From: a virus
Direction: 5' to 3' (one strand)
Virus record (IMG/VR): IMGVR_UViG_3300045988_103437
DNA length: 35,262 bases
Part shown: in pieces, positions 32,757 through 35,262 of the stretch
How positions within the stretch are numbered: the stretch's first letter is position 1
Layout of the letters: every line of letters begins with the position of its first letter
The notes under the pieces: generated by a model
What the model was told of the DNA's origin: nothing
Database searches by the model: none
Seen by the model: only the letters and a program-made list of their open reading frames with translations
Translations under genes and position numbers: made by a program

Positions 32757-33299
32757 GTTGATAAAATCCGCAAATTGCTCCTTTACTTGCCGTTCAAGAG
32801 GGTGCAGATAAAAGGCTTTTCTGCGTTCGAGTTCTGCTATTCGTTCAGCCCTGTAGGTCGCCGCCTCAAGACTGATGTTGCATAATTCTGCAATAGCAGC
32901 GGAAGTTAGTGCGTGCAATTCGTGAAGGACACAGGCAGGGGCGAGTAAATCCCGAGCAAATACATTTGCTGAATGTTCGGCATCGTCGATTGTTGCAAAT
33001 CCGTTGCCGTCTTTGCTGAACAAATGGCCTAAAAATATATGACCGAGTTCGTGTGCGATTGTAAATCTACAACGCTGAGGAGATTGCTCATCGGCATAGA
33101 CGATATACAACTTATCATTTTGTATAAGCGTTGTACCGCTCTCGTTTTTGCTTAGCAGATTGGCCACCGAATTTTTCAGTAAAACAATGTCGGCTTGCTT
33201 AGCTATCTGACTGACTTTAACAGGCAGACTGTTTATATTATAATCAATCAAACATTGCCAAGAGGCATTGCGTGCATTTTTATATTGTCCATAATTCAA
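32736..33299 (-). CDS. ImmA/IrrE-family zinc metallopeptidase (anti-repressor protease).
   Basis: The HEXXH motif is AHELGHIFLGH, and the gene lies directly downstream of the XRE repressor. Confidence 0.85.
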   Translation of the reverse strand: MNYGQYKNARNASWQCLIDYNINSLPVKVSQIAKQADIVLLKNSVANLLSKNESGTTLIQNDKLYIVYADEQSPQRCRFTIAHELGHIFLGHLFSKDGNGFATIDDAEHSANVFARDLLAPACVLHELHALTSAAIAELCNISLEAATYRAERIAELERRKAFYLHPLERQVKEQFADFINKKKNLP

Positions 33300-33351
33300 G
33301 TTTTACCACCTCATAGGTATTGTAACCTATGAGGTGTTTTTTATTATGTAC

Positions 33352-33831
33352 TTATAAATCTGTATCGTCAGGCTCAAACTTACTAAGATCAGGTAAATTT
33401 ACTATTTCGATAGGCTGATTGTTGCCGTCACTTCGTGCGGCTTTTACGGTTGGTATTAGATTATTGTTTAAAGACGACACCAAGTCAGCTTGATTTATAC
33501 ATCTTCTATATTCAATATCTAATATTTTATCAACTACTTCTTGACCATAGTTGTCAAGTGCACGGTATTTTTTTATTAAACCTTTTTCTGTTCCAGTAAA
33601 TTCAGAAACTTGTTTTGTATGAACTTTATTTATTAAATCACTAAAATTTATTCCATATATATTACACAATGAAACAAGAGATTCTATGTCAATTTTGCTT
33701 TTCGCTCTTTCCCAACTACTTATGTTAGCAGCTGAGCATCCGATAAGTTCTGCAACTTCAGATTGCTTCATATCAATCGACTCTCTTGCTCCTTTTAATA
33801 GATTACCTAAATGAGTATAATCAAATATCAT
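33352..33831 (-). CDS. XRE-family phage repressor (CI-like).
   Basis: The HTH is MKQSEVAELIGCSAANISSWERAK. The ATG at 33831 follows AAAGAGGAGG. The track start at 33864 lies upstream of the predicted transcription start. Confidence 0.8.
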   Translation of the reverse strand: MIFDYTHLGNLLKGARESIDMKQSEVAELIGCSAANISSWERAKSKIDIESLVSLCNIYGINFSDLINKVHTKQVSEFTGTEKGLIKKYRALDNYGQEVVDKILDIEYRRCINQADLVSSLNNNLIPTVKAARSDGNNQPIEIVNLPDLSKFEPDDTDL

Positions 33832-33855
33832 TTGAATAACCTCCTCTTTGAGTTT

Positions 33856-33884
33856 ATTATACAAGCGAAATTTGAAAAAGTCAA
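33856..33884 (-). promoter_or_regulatory. Repressor promoter (PRM-like).
   Basis: On the minus strand this reads TTGACT (33879-84), 17 nt, TATAAT (33856-61). Confidence 0.6.
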
Positions 33885-33925
33885 TTATTTTTTAAAGAAA
33901 AATCAAAAATAATTTGAAAAAACCG

Positions 33926-33954
33926 TTGACAATCAAATCAAATTTGTATATAAT
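33926..33954 (+). promoter_or_regulatory. Early lytic promoter (PR-like) with a perfect consensus.
   Basis: TTGACA (33926-31), 17 nt, TATAAT (33949-54). AATCAAAT and AATTTGAAAA repeats surround it. Confidence 0.7.
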
Positions 33955-33994
33955 CAAATTGTAATCAAATTTAATTTGAAAAGAGGTGAAAAAA

Positions 33995-34192
33995 ATGAAT
34001 TTGTATTTAGCTATCGGGTCGTATCTTGAGAATAACGGCATCACGCAAACATATTTATCAGAACGTTCAGGGATGACAACCAATGCACTTAACTTATCGT
34101 TAAAAGGTAAACGCAAACTCACAGCCGATGAATATATCAAAATTTGTGATGCTTTAAAAGTCCCTTACGATTTGTTTGTGAAAAAATTGTGA
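33995..34192 (+). CDS. Cro-like XRE HTH regulator.
   Basis: ATG 33995 follows AGAGGTG. The motif is ITQTYLSERSGMTTNALNLSLKGKRKLT. The gene is divergent from the repressor. Confidence 0.75.
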   Translation: MNLYLAIGSYLENNGITQTYLSERSGMTTNALNLSLKGKRKLTADEYIKICDALKVPYDLFVKKL

Positions 34193-34202
34193 ACAGCTTA
34201 AC

Positions 34203-34286
34203 GAAAGGAATGGTAAAAATGGCACTAACCATATATGCGGTAGTTGCTACCGTAGTAGCAGTAATTGCAATCATAAAAGCTGTAAA
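34203..34286 (+). repeat. 84-bp direct repeat, copy 1. It has 3 mismatches against 34939..35022.
   Basis: The gaaaggaatgGtaaaaatggcactaaccatatatgcggtag...gctgtaaa string was aligned by eye. Confidence 0.9.
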
Positions 34287-34407
34287 ATGGAAAATTGCTA
34301 CAAGAGCAATGGTGGTTTATTGTACGAAAAATTTTAGGATACCCACAGACAAAGAACTTGCCGACTGCTCCAAAGAAGCCGCCGGCAAGACAATAAGATT
34401 TAAGTAA
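34219..34407 (+). CDS. Small single-pass membrane protein (62 aa), paralogue A.
   Basis: ATG 34219 follows AAAGGAA. The transmembrane helix is MALTIYAVVATVVAVIAIIKAV. Confidence 0.6.
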   Translation: MALTIYAVVATVVAVIAIIKAVKWKIATRAMVVYCTKNFRIPTDKELADCSKEAAGKTIRFK

Positions 34408-34789
34408 TTCCAAATTGAGCTTTTATAAGCTGAGTAACAACATTCGCTGATATTTGTGTTATTGCAGAAAGCGAGTGACTTCCCACGGTTCCGGCAATCT
34501 TCTTAACTTTATTCCATATATCGTCATTACGGATATTCGCTAAGAACTTGTGACCTTCGGGAGTTAAATCACCTACTTCTAAATAGTCGCCACCGTCAGC
34601 ACCGATCATTGAAGTAATTAAACCTGCAAGTTTGCATTGTTTAATGTGGTAGATAATTTCGTCATGAGAGTATGGTTGAAGCCTTTCAAAATCGTTGCTG
34701 AATTTACTGTATCGAAAGGATTCGTTGAAGTCACACACTTCTTCTACACTCAAAAGAATATCACGAACACAGTCGTTATTTAAACGCAT
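34400..34789 (-). CDS. DUF2513-like winged-helix protein.
   Basis: MRLNNDCVRDILLSVEE matches the DUF2513 N-terminal pattern as recalled. The ATG at 34789 lies 8 nt after AGGAGG. Confidence 0.6.
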   Translation of the reverse strand: MRLNNDCVRDILLSVEEVCDFNESFRYSKFSNDFERLQPYSHDEIIYHIKQCKLAGLITSMIGADGGDYLEVGDLTPEGHKFLANIRNDDIWNKVKKIAGTVGSHSLSAITQISANVVTQLIKAQFGIT

Positions 34790-34812
34790 AAGCATCACCT
34801 CCTTACAATTTG

Positions 34813-34841
34813 ATTTTAGCATTTTAAGGAGAAAAACACAA
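34813..34841 (-). promoter_or_regulatory. Candidate promoter of the DUF2513-like gene.
   Basis: On the minus strand this reads TTGTGT, 17 nt, then the extended -10 TGcTAAAAT. Confidence 0.35.
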
Positions 34842-34938
34842 CAAGAAGGTTACAGCAGAAGGGTTTTTGGGAATATGTCGGGTGCTTGATGTTGATCCAA
34901 GGCAGTTTTTTAAGCAGTCTGCTTAACTTATTACCTCA

Positions 34939-35022
34939 GAAAGGAATGATAAAAATGGCACTAACCATATATGCGGTAGTTGCTACCGTAGTAGCAGTAG
35001 TGGCAATCATAAAAGCTGTAAA
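34939..35022 (+). repeat. 84-bp direct repeat, copy 2.
   Basis: See copy 1 at 34203..34286. Confidence 0.9.
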
Positions 35023-35101
35023 CGGACTTGAGGTTTATCACTGGTGGATGCAGGATGGTGTTTTACCGGGGCAATTAAGTTTTGACGGAGAGGATTGGTG
35101 A
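34955..35101 (+). CDS. Small single-pass membrane protein (48 aa), paralogue B.
   Basis: It has the same RBS and the same first 22 codons as 34219, apart from one I/V change, and a different C-terminus. The track ORF from 34886 is an upstream extension. Confidence 0.55.
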   Translation: MALTIYAVVATVVAVVAIIKAVNGLEVYHWWMQDGVLPGQLSFDGEDW

Positions 35102-35107
35102 AGAGCG

Positions 35108-35262
35108 ATGATTGAAAAAGAATTAAAAATCCGTGATTTTTGCGGTGACTATGCTTTGGATATACCGTTCGCAGACGGTAGTGTAAACACGATATACTTT
35201 AATTCAAAACGAAATGCCGAAACAGTTAAGCATATTATCGAAGTTGACGGTAGTAAACCCAA
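35108..35262 (+). CDS. N-terminal part of the junction-spanning CDS, which continues at nt 80 of the window after circular closure.
   Basis: The reading frame from ATG 35108 stays open to the window end and runs in frame through the repeat into ORF 90..272. Confidence 0.7.
   Translation, partial: MIEKELKIRDFCGDYALDIPFADGSVNTIYFNSKRNAETVKHIIEVDGSKP
35184..35262. repeat. Terminal direct repeat, copy B.
   Basis: It is identical to 1..79. Confidence 0.95.

Noticed and set aside
33892-34140. An 82-aa minus-strand ORF across the switch region and the Cro-like gene.
   Set aside because: It covers the promoter and operator DNA and is antisense to a clear HTH gene. Its composition is an AT-rich artefact.
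1-35262. A CRISPR array, a diversity-generating retroelement, a retron or stop-codon recoding.
   Set aside because: There are no regularly spaced repeats and no reverse transcriptase motif. No template/variable repeat pair was seen near the tail genes. All long genes are intact in the standard code.

Overview
The window looks like a complete temperate tailed-phage genome. Its first 79 nt are identical to its last 79 nt, so the contig closes into a circle of about 35.18 kb, and one gene spans the junction. All family assignments come from motifs and gene order read by eye; no searches were run. Gene order on the + strand: small early genes including a Lar-like protein (1-2051); a ParB-like gene (2164-3489); a 254-nt structured non-coding gap; an AT-rich island with a triple Myb/SANT-like protein, a second tyrosine recombinase and an XRE regulator (3753-6491); VRR-NUC, HNH and YopX genes; a HUH rolling-circle Rep-like gene (9622-10359); an ArpU/RinA-like late regulator; then HNH, TerS and TerL, an orphan DNA methyltransferase, an HK97-type head module (portal, ClpP-like protease, capsid), neck and tail genes with a -1 frameshifted chaperone, tape measure, Dit, Tal, BppU-like protein, holin and amidase endolysin. 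The right arm (28.2-33.9 kb) is on the - strand: a four-gene autoregulated accessory operon ending in a small HTH gene; attP made of a tRNA-Asn 3' fragment flanked by ACTACAGA arm repeats; an integrase; a zinc-ribbon membrane protein; and an ImmA-like protease with an XRE repressor facing a Cro-like gene across a consensus promoter pair. The most unusual signals are: (1) a tandem pair of two-hairpin modules at 3545-3741 whose stems covary while the loops are conserved and mutually complementary; (2) the acr-aca-like or toxin-antitoxin-like operon at 28243-29591 with a perfect palindromic operator inside its promoter; (3) a HUH Rep as the only recognisable replication initiator; (4) two candidate + strand small RNAs antisense to the lysogeny operon; (5) 84-bp direct repeats bracketing an inverted DUF2513-like gene. 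No CRISPR array, rRNA, complete tRNA or reverse transcriptase was seen.
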